A DNA stretch of 62,567 nt, the filler included. It is 6 parts of 6 records of this genome, joined end to end, with 100 filler letters (N's around TTAATTAATTAA, not from the genome) between each part and the next. Parts side by side here need not be neighbours in the genome. Positions count along the whole stretch, not along the records: positions 20,883 to 39,568 come from SRR31156797_5853; positions 39,669 to 45,352 come from SRR31156797_5858; 4 more parts are not named here. One strand, written 5' to 3'. The notes beneath the pieces were generated by a model, which made no database searches, was not told the DNA's origin, and saw only the letters and a list, made by a program, of their open reading frames with translations. Position 1 is the stretch's first letter, and the number at the start of each line of letters is the position of its first letter. This document shows, in pieces, positions 31,498 to 42,734 of this stretch. Made by a program: the position numbers and the translations under genes.

Positions 31498-33315
31498 TTA
31501 TGAGTCAAATCTATTTTTTAATTCCATCTCAATGTTGCTTGAAAGAAGTATCTTTCCGATCTCTTCCTGAAAATCCGGACTTCCTGCAGTCTGTGCAACG
31601 ATCCTCAATGCTTCAAGATGTTTTTCAGGATCATCTGATGGTGTAATTATTAGAAAAATTATCTCGATCGGGTCTTTATCCCGCTTATTCCACTTAAAAC
31701 CATGTCTTACAACTCCCGTTACAACGATGGTCTCGCTTACCTCCTGACTTCTGCAATGCGGGACAGCAACTCCAAAACCGATCGAAGTCGATTCCAGCTT
31801 TTCTCTTTCCATGATCTGCTGCTGCAAGTAGGAGATATCTTTAATCTTTTGAGATCTATGCAGAAGCTGGCTCATTTCATGAATTGCTTCTTCCTTTGTT
31901 CTGGACAAAAGGTCCATTACCCTATTCCCGACGAGACTTGAAAATGTCGTAGAAACTTTATCATCTTTAGAATGACTGTGAAGAGCTTCATCTTCTCCAA
32001 CGATCCATGATTTCCATTTTGATAAAGTTCTCTCAGACAGCCATGCACCGGAAACTTCAAATATCACAATTCCGGGAATTATTATATTTCTTATCAACTC
32101 TCCGCCATAACCTTTTAAGATCGATGCAGCAAAGATCGTTTCAACAGCAGCAAGTCCAGCCTGAGGAAGCATTAATTTAGGAAGGACAGCGGTGATCTTA
32201 GGATCCATACCGGACACTCTACAGCCGATCCAACCGCCTACCACCTTTCCAAAACTTCTTAAAACAACATAGAGTATGATCAATGAAAGAACTGAAAGTG
32301 AAAAAGTTTCCAGCTTTACATTTGCACCGATAAGAGCAAAGAAAAGAAGATTAAAAATGGGCATCAGATTTCCAATCCGGAGAGAATCAAAAATGACATG
32401 GGAATGAAAATTTGAAATAAGCATTCCGGCAAAGATCGCAGTTACCATAAAAGGAAAGTGGAAGTACATTGAAATCGCAATACTAAAAGAAACTGTTGCG
32501 ATCATAATGATAAAGATCTCAACTGAAGGAGTCGGGTGTTCGGAGAGTATTGTTGATAGAAGACTTGCGTTCTCATAATCTTTTTTGTGTCCACTTTTTT
32601 GATCTATGTGTTTTATAGCAAATTTAAGAACAATAAAAAGTATAAAACCTATAAAGATGGACGCTGCAAACTGAAGAACGATCCCTTTGGTCATAGAAAA
32701 ATAATTAACACCATCCCCTTTAACGGAACCTCTTGCAACCTCGATAAGAATCGAAAAAAGGATAAGTCCGAAAATATCCTGAATAACCAGAATATTTGCC
32801 ATCATATTTCGAAGTTTACCCTTGATCTCAAACTTTGCCATGAGAATAAACGTTACTGCAGGAGCGGTAGCAACACCGATAGACCCCATTACAGCAGCCA
32901 TCGGTAAAGAGATTTCAGTTGTAAGATGAAAGCCTAACGTTACAGCAACAAAGGTTAATACTGTCTGCAAGATAGAAATTAGAAGCGTTCCCATTCCCAG
33001 ATTTCTCAATCTATCAAAATGAAGCTCCTCACCTATTGAAAAAGCAATAAGTCCCAGAAACATAAACACAAAAAAATGCTCATGCTCAAATGCGTCATTA
33101 TAAACATGAAAAAACCTTGAATTGACAAAAGTTTCAACAGGTCCAAAAAGCTTTGCAAGCACAATGAAAATGTGTGGACCGACAACAATACCGCCAAATA
33201 TCTGTCCCACAACTTCCCCGATACTGAACTTGTCAGCTAACTTTCCAAAAAGGTAGGCGGACCCTATCAATAGTGAAAGACTCGCTATCTGAATTGAGAT
33301 ATCATAAAGTGCCAT
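31498..33315 (-). CDS. Cation:proton antiporter fused to a C-terminal PTS EIIA domain
   Basis: Multi-TM region with ATAPA and PQAG motifs. The C-terminal EREKLESTSIGFGVAVPHCR...HLEAL is an EIIA(Ntr/Fru) signature. Confidence 0.85.
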   Translation of the reverse strand: MALYDISIQIASLSLLIGSAYLFGKLADKFSIGEVVGQIFGGIVVGPHIFIVLAKLFGPVETFVNSRFFHVYNDAFEHEHFFVFMFLGLIAFSIGEELHFDRLRNLGMGTLLISILQTVLTFVAVTLGFHLTTEISLPMAAVMGSIGVATAPAVTFILMAKFEIKGKLRNMMANILVIQDIFGLILFSILIEVARGSVKGDGVNYFSMTKGIVLQFAASIFIGFILFIVLKFAIKHIDQKSGHKKDYENASLLSTILSEHPTPSVEIFIIMIATVSFSIAISMYFHFPFMVTAIFAGMLISNFHSHVIFDSLRIGNLMPIFNLLFFALIGANVKLETFSLSVLSLIILYVVLRSFGKVVGGWIGCRVSGMDPKITAVLPKLMLPQAGLAAVETIFAASILKGYGGELIRNIIIPGIVIFEVSGAWLSERTLSKWKSWIVGEDEALHSHSKDDKVSTTFSSLVGNRVMDLLSRTKEEAIHEMSQLLHRSQKIKDISYLQQQIMEREKLESTSIGFGVAVPHCRSQEVSETIVVTGVVRHGFKWNKRDKDPIEIIFLIITPSDDPEKHLEALRIVAQTAGSPDFQEEIGKILLSSNIEMELKNRFDS

Positions 33316-33435
33316 TTATGCTCCGATAATGCAAAAAAAGTAAAGTCCACAAATCCTTTTAAAGTTTACGGTATTATAAATTATTGTAAAGAATCTATCA
33401 GTTGTATATAATTTCCTGTAAAACTTTGAGGGATC

Positions 33436-36400
33436 ATGAGCATAGAAAAGAATAAAAAAATAAAAGATTCTTCAGATATTTCCAGAACAGTTTCTCTGGA
33501 TCTGAGCAACCTTGAAATTCCTGAAAGAATGCTCGACAGCGGAATTGATGATAAAGACCAATGGCGATATTCTATTGTCGATGAGATCGGAAGAGGTGGG
33601 ATTGGACGTGTTCTTGTGGCCTTTGATGGAAAGCTTGGCAGAGACATCGCACTTAAAGAACTGATCCAGACCGATAATCCCGGACAAAATAAAATTAAGC
33701 CTCTTGATAAACTCAAAGCCAATGAAGTGAGATTCCTTCGTGAAGCAAAGGTAACTGGTCAGCTTGAACATCCAGGTATCGTTCCAGTTTATGAGATCGG
33801 AAAAAAACCTGATGGGAATCATTACTATACAATGAAGCTTGTGAGAGGAATGACACTTGCTCAGGCGATCAAAGATGCAGGAACTCTTGAGAAAAGGCTG
33901 AGACTTCTTCCTCATTTTAGAGACATTTGTAATGCTATTGCCTATTCACACAGCAGAGGCGTTATACATCGAGACCTCAAACCAGAGAACATTATGATCG
34001 GAGAGTTCGGTGAAACTGTTGTTCTTGACTGGGGACTTGCAAAAGTAAAGGGGGAGAACGACGAAAGTGATACGACCTTACAGGAAGAACTGGATGTTCT
34101 CAAAGTTGAGAATCTTGGACAGACTACAAGAGGAAAAGCAATTGGAACTCCCGCCTATATGCCCCCGGAACAAGCAGAAGGTGATGTCGAGCAGATAGAC
34201 GAACGTAGTGACATATACTCTTTAGGAGCAGTTCTTTATGAAATGCTGACAGGGCAGCCACCGTTTAAAGGAAGAAATGTTTCTGAAACTCTTGAAATGG
34301 TTCTTAAAAACAATCCTGTTGACATTACAATTCTTGAAAATGATGCTCCGCCTGATCTTTGTGCGGTCGTTTCAAAAACTCTCACTCCTGAAAAAGCTGA
34401 TAGATATGAAACAGCTCTTGAAGTTGCCTGGGAAATTGAAAATTTCATGTCCGGAGGAAGGATCAGAGCTTATGAATATAGCTCCTGGGAACTTTTTAAA
34501 AGATTTACAAAAAAGAATAAGTCTCTTTCCAGCCTTCTTTTCATCATTATAATGCTTGTTCTTGCCGGTTCAGCAACGATCCTTTTTGCTTATAGACAAT
34601 CAGTTGAGAACGAAAGATTTGCTCACCTTAACCTTTCTCGCGGTTATCTTGAATATGCTGAAAGGCTTATCGAGGAAAAGAAATACTCAAATGCATCTAT
34701 CTTTTCTGCCGCGGCTCTCTACCACAACCCTTACAACCCTAAAAGCCCATGGAATTACTCTGAAAGTTACCTCAAATCAAAAAGAGATGAGCTTTCAAAT
34801 CAAATGCTTCCAATTCAGTCTGCGCTATATCTTTCAACTGTGCATCAGAACGATTCTTTTGTAAAAAATCTGGTCAATTTTGATTTTGAAGCTAGAGATT
34901 CAGCGATCTCTCCGGATGGAGATCTAATTGCTATTGCTGGTAAAAACAGAGAAGTGTTCATATATTCACTTAACGATGGAAAAATAAAGAAAACCCTTGA
35001 AGGACACACTGATAATATTGTTACAATGCAGTTCTCACATGACGGCAAATTTCTTATTTCAGGTGGATGGGATAAAACACTAAGACTTTGGAATGTATCT
35101 GAAGGAGTGACCATTAAATCTTTTTCACTCCCAAAATGCGAGATCTATGCAGCAAGTTTCTCTCCTGATGGAAGATATATCGCATTTGGTGGTACTGATA
35201 ACACTCTCTGGACTATTGATCTATCTAAAAAGAATAAAACCGTGCAAAAAATGTTTGAATCGATGAATACTATTCGTGCTATCGAGTGGGCACCCAATGG
35301 GAAAATGCTCCTCGTTTCAAACTCTTCAGGTGACATCACACTTGTTAAAGATAATAAACCCGTAAAAGTATTCAAACATCACAGAGAGCCTGTTATCGCA
35401 GTCAAGTTTCTAAAGGATAACAGGTACTTTATTAGTACCGGATATGACAAAAAAATACTTCTTTGGGATATTAACCAATCTAAACCCAGAGTGCTGCTGA
35501 AACACTGGGACGCATTTTTTGATCTGGATATTTCAAGTGATGGAACTCTTGCAGTAGCGGCATCAAGAGATGGAACAATAAAACTGATCGATCTTAAAAG
35601 TTTTCAAGTGCTTAACCTCCGAGGCCATGAAGGTCCAGTATATTCAGTATCATTTCTGCCAATGGGGAACACTATTGTCTCAGTTGGTGAAGACAAGCTT
35701 TTAAAACAGTGGAAAACAGATATCAATAAGTCAGTTTTCACTTTTAGAGGCCATACAACTTACATTCCTTCAATGAGTTATTCCCCTGATGGAAAACTGC
35801 TTGCCTCTTCAAGTTGGGATACATCTGTAAAACTCTGGAATGTAAAAAATGAATCGCTCTATTCAACTTTCAGCAATCGGGAAACCGTTGCGTACTCTAT
35901 CTCGTTCTCTCCAAATGGGCAGTTTCTGGCAATTGGGAACAATAAAGGTGGACTTCAGCTTTTCAACCCGTTAAAAGGAAGGATCATTTCAGAGTTTAAA
36001 GGCCATACTGATCAGATCTCTTCTGTATTATTTTCAAATGACGGTGATCTTCTTGTTTCAGGAAGCAAAGATAAAACTGTGAGGATATGGGATGTTAAGA
36101 CACGCAGGCCGCTTAAAATATTGAACGACCACTCAACACCTATTCAGTCGGTCAAACTTTCTCCAGATGGAAAAATAATAGCCTCAGGCGGAAGAAATGG
36201 TGAACTTAACTTCTGGTCTTTTCCTGAGGGAAAACATATTAGAAAAATGAGAAATTCGGACAAAACGATCCTTTCACTCGCATTTACAAATGACAGTAAA
36301 TATCTTCTTACTGCTCTTGGAAATGGAACGATCAAAAAGTGGGATACAGAAAAAGGTATCGTTAAGAAAACTATGACAGGACACTCCGGACCGATCAACA

Positions 36401-36687
36401 TGATCGCAGCATCTCCGGACGGTTCTCTTTTCGCTTCTGTTGGAAAAGAACTTATTCTCTGGGACGCAAAAACTTGTGAAAAGATCCAGGCGATCGACCT
36501 TCAATACACTGGTTACAGCATCGCATTTGAAAATGACGGAAAGCATTTTTCAGTAAGTGACGGAGCGGTGATAAAAAGATACCCTGTAATTCTTGAAATG
36601 TGGAAACAGGACCCTCTTGAACTTCTTGAAAAATATCAGAAAAAAGCCGGCAAAAAACTAGAAGGATTCAAACTTATTTCAGATTAA
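33436..36687 (+). CDS. Ser/Thr protein kinase with a hydrophobic helix and WD40 repeats
   Basis: GRGGIG, IALK, HRDLKPEN, DWGLA, GTPAYMPPEQ, then a hydrophobic segment and many GH...WD/WN repeats. Confidence 0.93.
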   Translation: MSIEKNKKIKDSSDISRTVSLDLSNLEIPERMLDSGIDDKDQWRYSIVDEIGRGGIGRVLVAFDGKLGRDIALKELIQTDNPGQNKIKPLDKLKANEVRFLREAKVTGQLEHPGIVPVYEIGKKPDGNHYYTMKLVRGMTLAQAIKDAGTLEKRLRLLPHFRDICNAIAYSHSRGVIHRDLKPENIMIGEFGETVVLDWGLAKVKGENDESDTTLQEELDVLKVENLGQTTRGKAIGTPAYMPPEQAEGDVEQIDERSDIYSLGAVLYEMLTGQPPFKGRNVSETLEMVLKNNPVDITILENDAPPDLCAVVSKTLTPEKADRYETALEVAWEIENFMSGGRIRAYEYSSWELFKRFTKKNKSLSSLLFIIIMLVLAGSATILFAYRQSVENERFAHLNLSRGYLEYAERLIEEKKYSNASIFSAAALYHNPYNPKSPWNYSESYLKSKRDELSNQMLPIQSALYLSTVHQNDSFVKNLVNFDFEARDSAISPDGDLIAIAGKNREVFIYSLNDGKIKKTLEGHTDNIVTMQFSHDGKFLISGGWDKTLRLWNVSEGVTIKSFSLPKCEIYAASFSPDGRYIAFGGTDNTLWTIDLSKKNKTVQKMFESMNTIRAIEWAPNGKMLLVSNSSGDITLVKDNKPVKVFKHHREPVIAVKFLKDNRYFISTGYDKKILLWDINQSKPRVLLKHWDAFFDLDISSDGTLAVAASRDGTIKLIDLKSFQVLNLRGHEGPVYSVSFLPMGNTIVSVGEDKLLKQWKTDINKSVFTFRGHTTYIPSMSYSPDGKLLASSSWDTSVKLWNVKNESLYSTFSNRETVAYSISFSPNGQFLAIGNNKGGLQLFNPLKGRIISEFKGHTDQISSVLFSNDGDLLVSGSKDKTVRIWDVKTRRPLKILNDHSTPIQSVKLSPDGKIIASGGRNGELNFWSFPEGKHIRKMRNSDKTILSLAFTNDSKYLLTALGNGTIKKWDTEKGIVKKTMTGHSGPINMIAASPDGSLFASVGKELILWDAKTCEKIQAIDLQYTGYSIAFENDGKHFSVSDGAVIKRYPVILEMWKQDPLELLEKYQKKAGKKLEGFKLISD

Positions 36688-36691
36688 AAAT

Positions 36692-37864
36692 TTACTCAAC
36701 TATGATTTTTGCAGGTTCTTCTGGAATTTCTTTTTCAGGATAAAGGTCTATAACTGTTATCTCAGATGTTGCGGCAAATCTCACAGGTGGTCCCCATGTT
36801 CCAGTTCCGCGGTTGACATAAAGAAGTGATCCACTGTCAAAGAAATAGCTTCCACTACAATATTTAAAGGCCATTCTGACAAAGATCCCAAAAGGAAAAA
36901 GCTGACCCGCATGAGTGTGTCCTGAAAGCATAAGATCGAAGTGTTCTGTATCCTCTTTTTTGATGTCCGGCTGATGTTTTAAAAATATCCTGAATTTTTG
37001 GAAAGAACCTTTTTCAAGAATCTCACTATCCTTAAGTATTTCCATTCCAAACCTGGATGCAGCTTTATCAGCAACTCCTAAAAGCAGTATGTTTCTGCCG
37101 ACATCAACAACTTTATTATCAATTATCTCAAACTCGTTTTCTCTAATATATTTAAATGTTTGATCAACACCACCAATAAATTCATGATTTCCTGAAACAG
37201 CATATTTCCCAAGTGGAGCTTTTATACTTTTCATCAGCTCTGTCACCTTTTGGGGTTCAACTATCCCGTGATCAAGATAGTCACCTGTGCAAATGAGAAT
37301 ATCCGGATCTTGCTCATTGATCGCTTTTGATATCTTTTCTGCGAACTCCACTCCAAGCATCTGGGAAAAATGAACATCGGATATTTGAACTATTCTAGTT
37401 TTTTCACTGACCTTTGAACTGGTAATCTCAATGTTCTCAACTATTATTTTCTTCGCCATAAAAAGTCCTGAAGCTACCGTGTGAAAAGAGACAAGGAACA
37501 TCACAACAAAAAGCAGGGTCTTCTTTGATTGAGGCAGTTTCTTTAAATACAGTCCGGGAAAGATCCGTCTGGAAAAAATAATGAGCTCAACAAAAATTCC
37601 ATACAGAGCAAAAACAAAGATCACTGTAAAATATGAATACAGGAAATATGATATCCATGTGTCTATCTGTGTGCCGTTAAGATCTGTTTTGGCAAAAAGA
37701 TAAAAAGCACCAAATAGAGGAAGATACATAATTCGCAGCTGTCTTGCATATTTTTGAAGTGCGGGAAATGCTTCTTTAAGTCTAAAAAGAAAGTACTTCA
37801 CCATCAGAACAACAATTGTGATCATAACTGTAACGAACAGCCCGAAAGTCAGAATGTTTTTCAT
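36692..37864 (-). CDS. Membrane-anchored metallophosphoesterase (YkuE-like)
   Basis: SDVH, GDYLD, GNHE, HQP, SGHTHAGQ, GTWGPPVR. Confidence 0.92.
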   Translation of the reverse strand: MKNILTFGLFVTVMITIVVLMVKYFLFRLKEAFPALQKYARQLRIMYLPLFGAFYLFAKTDLNGTQIDTWISYFLYSYFTVIFVFALYGIFVELIIFSRRIFPGLYLKKLPQSKKTLLFVVMFLVSFHTVASGLFMAKKIIVENIEITSSKVSEKTRIVQISDVHFSQMLGVEFAEKISKAINEQDPDILICTGDYLDHGIVEPQKVTELMKSIKAPLGKYAVSGNHEFIGGVDQTFKYIRENEFEIIDNKVVDVGRNILLLGVADKAASRFGMEILKDSEILEKGSFQKFRIFLKHQPDIKKEDTEHFDLMLSGHTHAGQLFPFGIFVRMAFKYCSGSYFFDSGSLLYVNRGTGTWGPPVRFAATSEITVIDLYPEKEIPEEPAKIIVE

Positions 37865-39567
37865 TATTTTTCCTTGAAAGCCGGAAGATAAATATTAAAA
37901 GTTGCTCCCTCACCCACTTTGGATATTAGTTCAATGCTTCCAAAATGCTGTTTCATTATAGAGTAACTTATTGCTAAACCTAGTCCATGACCTCCGGTTT
38001 TTGTTGTAAAGAAAGGGTCAAAGACCTTATCAACTATTGCAGGATCCATACCGGGCCCTGAATCTTTGATCCGGATCTCAACATATTTTCCTTTTGTCAG
38101 ATCATGTATTTCTTTTTCACCGACCTGAATATTAGAACAGACAATACTTACACTTCCATCAGGATCAGCCTGACTCGCATTAACTAAAACATTTTCAATT
38201 ACCTGTGAGATCTGACCTTGATCATATTCACATTTCCAAAGATCTTCAGGATGATCAAACGTACATTTAACTCTCGTTCCACTTAACGCAAAACCTGCAC
38301 TTTCCTTAACAAAAGGAAACAACGCCCTAACTTCCCGTACAGGCTTTCCACCTTTTGAAAACGTTATCAGCTGACTCGTTAGATCATGAACTTGCCCCAT
38401 ACTCTGCATTGCTTTTGAAAGGTATTCATCTATTTTCTTGTCGGTTGATCTTTTTTGAGCCATCTCTATATATCCAAAGACACCTGTAAAAAGGTTGTTA
38501 AAATCATGTGCTATTCCTCCAGCTAAAATTCCCAATGATTCAAGTTTAGAAGTTCTTTGCACCGTTGCCTGCATTTCTTTCATTGCTTTTTCCGCAATTT
38601 TACGCTCTGACATCTCTTGTCGAAGCTGCGCATTTTTCCTGAAAATATAGATCGCAATAAACGCAATTAAAAAAGAGATTAGGAATAAAATCCCGATCAT
38701 AAAATATAAACCTCTTAGATCCTTAGGCTTAGGATCTGGATCATAAACGAACGAAGCAATATCTATCTCAGCATCCATCATGCCAAGTTCTGCATAGGTT
38801 AATGCAATGTGTTTCCACCTTCCCGGATTTATATGCCCTACTTGAACAAGATCAGTTCGTAGCAGTGGGATCATCTGGTCTGCTTCAAATTTCAGATGCT
38901 CTTTTGTATGCCTTTTACTGTATTTTGAATAGATGAGCTCAATTATCTCATCCGGATGGTTCATAGCATATTTCCAACCTTTAAGGCTTGCTTTTCTAAA
39001 AGCTTTTACAACCTTCGGGCGATCATTAATGATCTTTTCAGTAGTAAAGAGATTGTCTCCGTAAAAATCTATTCCTGCTGAACGTGGAGAATATAAAATG
39101 TAAGGCTTTTCTGATTTCTTAACCTCAAAAAGCTCGTCAGTTACATAAACCGACATTGCATCAACAGCTCCTGAAATAAAATCATCAGTCTTGTAACTAT
39201 GGGGCAACAAAGTAAATTTGTCGGAAGAGATCTTTTCCTTATTCAGGTAGGCAAAAAGTTCTGAAGCACCTTTTTCTATCATAACTTTCTTTCCGGCAAG
39301 ATCGTGTATGCTTTGAAGCTTATCATTTCTAAGCATTAAAAGACCAAATGGAGAATGTTGAAAGATCACTCCTAAAACCACTAGCGGATCACCCTTTTGA
39401 CGTCTTAGTAAAAGCTCAGTTGAACCAACTCCGAAATCAGCCTTTCCATCAAGAACTTTCTGTGTGGCATCCTGCCCAGGTTTGTTCTCTATCAGCTCAA
39501 CTTCCAGTCCGGCATCTTTATAAAAACCTTTTTCTACAGCTGCGTAATATCCTGCAAATTGAAACTG
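37864..39567 (-). CDS. Sensor histidine kinase with an NMT1/THI5-like periplasmic binding domain (5'-partial)
   Basis: The frame extends to the contig edge (QFQFAGYYAAVEKGFY). It has a TM helix, AHDFNN H-box, DSGPG, PFFTTK and GHGLGL. Confidence 0.88.
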   Translation of the reverse strand, partial: QFQFAGYYAAVEKGFYKDAGLEVELIENKPGQDATQKVLDGKADFGVGSTELLLRRQKGDPLVVLGVIFQHSPFGLLMLRNDKLQSIHDLAGKKVMIEKGASELFAYLNKEKISSDKFTLLPHSYKTDDFISGAVDAMSVYVTDELFEVKKSEKPYILYSPRSAGIDFYGDNLFTTEKIINDRPKVVKAFRKASLKGWKYAMNHPDEIIELIYSKYSKRHTKEHLKFEADQMIPLLRTDLVQVGHINPGRWKHIALTYAELGMMDAEIDIASFVYDPDPKPKDLRGLYFMIGILFLISFLIAFIAIYIFRKNAQLRQEMSERKIAEKAMKEMQATVQRTSKLESLGILAGGIAHDFNNLFTGVFGYIEMAQKRSTDKKIDEYLSKAMQSMGQVHDLTSQLITFSKGGKPVREVRALFPFVKESAGFALSGTRVKCTFDHPEDLWKCEYDQGQISQVIENVLVNASQADPDGSVSIVCSNIQVGEKEIHDLTKGKYVEIRIKDSGPGMDPAIVDKVFDPFFTTKTGGHGLGLAISYSIMKQHFGSIELISKVGEGATFNIYLPAFKEK

Positions 39568-39568
39568 A

Positions 39569-39668
39569 NNNNNNNNNNNNNNNNNNNNNNNNNNNNNNNN
39601 NNNNNNNNNNNNTTAATTAATTAANNNNNNNNNNNNNNNNNNNNNNNNNNNNNNNNNNNNNNNNNNNN
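39569..39668. other. Artificial contig linker
   Basis: N run with TTAATTAATTAA. Confidence 0.97.
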
Positions 39669-40868
39669 ATCTTCATGGAAACCATATCTCCAATATGCTC
39701 CTGCATAATATGTATTGTTTTTCCCATTTATAAGCTCTCTTTTTTCTTGAGCTTTTATAGCTTTTAAATCAAATTGAGGGTGGGAATAGTTTATTTTTTC
39801 AATTACATTATCTAAAGATTGTGTTTCATTTAAAGAGACGAAATACTCTTTTTTCTTTTTTAGATTTTGTAATGTGTTTAACCAATAAGAAAGGGTTACA
39901 TTATCTTCTTTCCCATCTGTTTTATAATTCCAAGCTGCATAGGCTTTTTTATTTGGAAATAAAGCTTTTGTATCTGTATGTAAAACAGCATCATTATCTT
40001 TGTATTTAAAGCTCGAAAGAATATTCATTTCATCATTACTTGGGTCATCTAGCATTTCTAGTGCATCAGGTGCGTGCATAGCTAGAATAACTTTATCATA
40101 AATAGATTCACTTAAATCTTCATGTACTAAAATAACTTTGTCATTTTCTCTTTTTATACTTTTAACTGTAGAGTTAGTATATATTTTTCCAGAAATTTCT
40201 AAGGCAATTTTATTTACATAATTTATTGAACCACCACTTACAGTTAACCATTGGTGGTGAGTATCAACTCCTAATAAGCCATGATTTTTAAAGAAGTTTA
40301 AAAAAGCTCTTGCTGGGAACTCATTCATTTTTTTAGTTGGTGTTGACCAAATTGATGCTCCCATAGGAATAATATATCTATCTTTGAAGTAGTTTGAATA
40401 AGGTTTTAGATATTCACCTAGACTTAAGTCTAAATCTTCACTGTCATTTTTTAAATCTTCATTTGCTTTTTTATTGAATTTTAGAATATCTTTAATCATA
40501 ATATAGTGGCTTGGATTAAATAGGTTTTTCTTTTGAAAGAACATACCTTTTAAATCTTGCCCATTATAAGCCGTGTTTGATTTTGTATCCCAAAATGCAA
40601 AACTCATATCAGAGTTTTCAATTTTAACATTTAGTTCTCTGAAAAGTTTTGTTAGTAAAGGGTAGGTTTCATGGTTAAATACTAAAAAACCAGTATCTAC
40701 ACCAAACTCTTTATCATCTTCTTTTACAAAAGTAGTTCTAGCATGACCACCTAGTCTTGAACTTTTTTCATAAAGGTCAACATGATGTTTTCTACTTAAT
40801 AAATATGCAGAGCCTAATCCACTGATTCCAGCTCCTAATACTGCTATTTTTAATCTTTTATTTCTCAT
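39669..40868 (-). CDS. FAD/NAD(P)-binding oxidoreductase of cfa-associated clusters (3'-partial)
   Basis: GAGISG, RLGGHA, VDTGFLVFN..TYP, AAWNY, GAYWRYGFHED. Confidence 0.88.
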
Positions 40869-41404
40869 TTGTATTTTCCATTCTTATCTTGTTTTGTAAA
40901 TATTAATTTTGATGTGTCCATGTAATCTTTTAGAAATACAAGTAGTTTGTCTAGTTCTTGTTTTTCTATAAAAGGGTTTCTATGCATAATCCATAGGTTC
41001 TTCATAGATTCATCACTCATAATTGCAGTTTGATAAGATTTGTCTAAATAGATAATTCTATACTCTTTAGAAAAAATCCAATAATAGGTTTTATCAAGTT
41101 GTGCAAGGTTGTTTTTTAATAATGGTTCAACAACACCTGAATAAGAAATTAGTTTTCCATCAATTTCATATTCAAAACATCTATTAAAAACTTTTAATTT
41201 GTCGTTATTAATTGGTTTATATTCAACTGTAGCAGCTACACAGTTTTCTTCAAATTTATTGTAAGTTCTAGCTATTTCGTACCAAAGCCCAGCAAAACTT
41301 TTAGGACTGACGTATTCAACGGGCTTTGGTGCATTAAATTTAAAAGAAGTTTGAGACGCAGATAGTAGGGAAACTATACTTAGCATTAAAATTATTGATT
41401 TCAT
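40865..41404 (-). CDS. Bacterial lipocalin (Blc-like)
   Basis: Signal peptide, GLWYEIAR motif, LWIMHR. Confidence 0.88.
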   Translation of the reverse strand: MKSIILMLSIVSLLSASQTSFKFNAPKPVEYVSPKSFAGLWYEIARTYNKFEENCVAATVEYKPINNDKLKVFNRCFEYEIDGKLISYSGVVEPLLKNNLAQLDKTYYWIFSKEYRIIYLDKSYQTAIMSDESMKNLWIMHRNPFIEKQELDKLLVFLKDYMDTSKLIFTKQDKNGKYK

Positions 41405-41477
41405 ATCAAACTCCTTTCAATAGACATTTTATATGTTATTGAAGGATTTTTGTATAAAAAAAATGTCAGTTAATAAA

Positions 41478-42734
41478 TTATTGTTTATCTTCTTTATATT
41501 TATTGATAAAAAATACTGCAATAACTTTTAAAATAACAGGAGCTAAGCCATAAAGTAGGGCAAGTATTAAAATAGAGTTTTCATTTGGATTGATTTTGTC
41601 AAAATCAAAAAATCCTAAGATACCAAAAGATATAGCCACACTTAAAGCAAGTGATAGTTTTGTAATCATTGCCCATAATCCAAAAAGTAAACCAGAACAG
41701 TTACTTTTTATCTCTTCTGCTTTTTGAGTTAAATCAGAATGAATTGAAGTTGGAAAAGCCAAATCAGCTCCTAAAGAAAAGCCAGAAACAACACATATTA
41801 TTAAAAAAGGAATAAAACTATTTTCATCTAAAAATGGAACAAAAATAAAAGCACTAGAGGCTAAAATAATAGAGTAAATCCATACTCTTTTTTTACTGAT
41901 TTTTTTAGAAATAGCAGTCCACACAGGAAGCGCTAAAACCCCTGATAAAAAATATAATATCAATAGTAAACCACTTGAATCAGGTTTTCTTATTACAAAC
42001 TCTACAAAAAGCAAAAATAGTGTTGCTGGAATTGCATTTGCAAGGTTATTAAAAAAATATCCTACTTGAAGAGTTTTGATTTTCGGTAACTCTTTGTAAA
42101 TAGTCTTTAAATATGAGATCTTAAAATCTTCACTATCTTTTGTAGTAACTGTTTTTATCTTAAGTAATGAAACAATAGTAAAATAAGTAAAAAGTATAAG
42201 AAAAACAACAAATAGTAAATCTAAAACTTCTTTTGTATTATTTGAAATAGAGAATAAAAAAGGAAGAAGTAAAGCTATTAAAACACCAATAATTGTTCCT
42301 ATCTCTCGTACACTATTTAGCTTTGTTTTGAAGTGATAATTTGAAGTAATCTCTGCTGACCAAGTAAGATAGGGAATATTAACCATACTCCAAGCAATAT
42401 AAACTATAAATGAAAAGGTAAATAACCAAAGATTTGCATACTCTTCATTTGGGTTTATAAGTAAATAAAAACTAATAGTTAATAAAATAGCTCCAACTAG
42501 TACAAGAGGTTTTCTTGAGTTAAATATTTGTTTGCTTTTATCACTTAAATAACCTAAATAAGGGTCTAAAAAAACATCAAATAGTCTTGCTAAAAAAAGC
42601 GTACCACCTACAATAGCCATATCTATTCCAACATCTTTTGCATAAAATGTTGGCAAATAAATATACAATGGAAGTCCAAGTATTGCTAAAGGAACAGCAA
42701 GAAGACTATAGTAGGTTAAAGTTGCTTTAGTCAT
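41478..42734 (-). CDS. MFS transporter (GPH/MelB-like)
   Basis: ARLFDVFLDPYLGYLSD, about 12 TM segments. Confidence 0.88.
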   Translation of the reverse strand: MTKATLTYYSLLAVPLAILGLPLYIYLPTFYAKDVGIDMAIVGGTLFLARLFDVFLDPYLGYLSDKSKQIFNSRKPLVLVGAILLTISFYLLINPNEEYANLWLFTFSFIVYIAWSMVNIPYLTWSAEITSNYHFKTKLNSVREIGTIIGVLIALLLPFLFSISNNTKEVLDLLFVVFLILFTYFTIVSLLKIKTVTTKDSEDFKISYLKTIYKELPKIKTLQVGYFFNNLANAIPATLFLLFVEFVIRKPDSSGLLLILYFLSGVLALPVWTAISKKISKKRVWIYSIILASSAFIFVPFLDENSFIPFLIICVVSGFSLGADLAFPTSIHSDLTQKAEEIKSNCSGLLFGLWAMITKLSLALSVAISFGILGFFDFDKINPNENSILILALLYGLAPVILKVIAVFFINKYKEDKQ

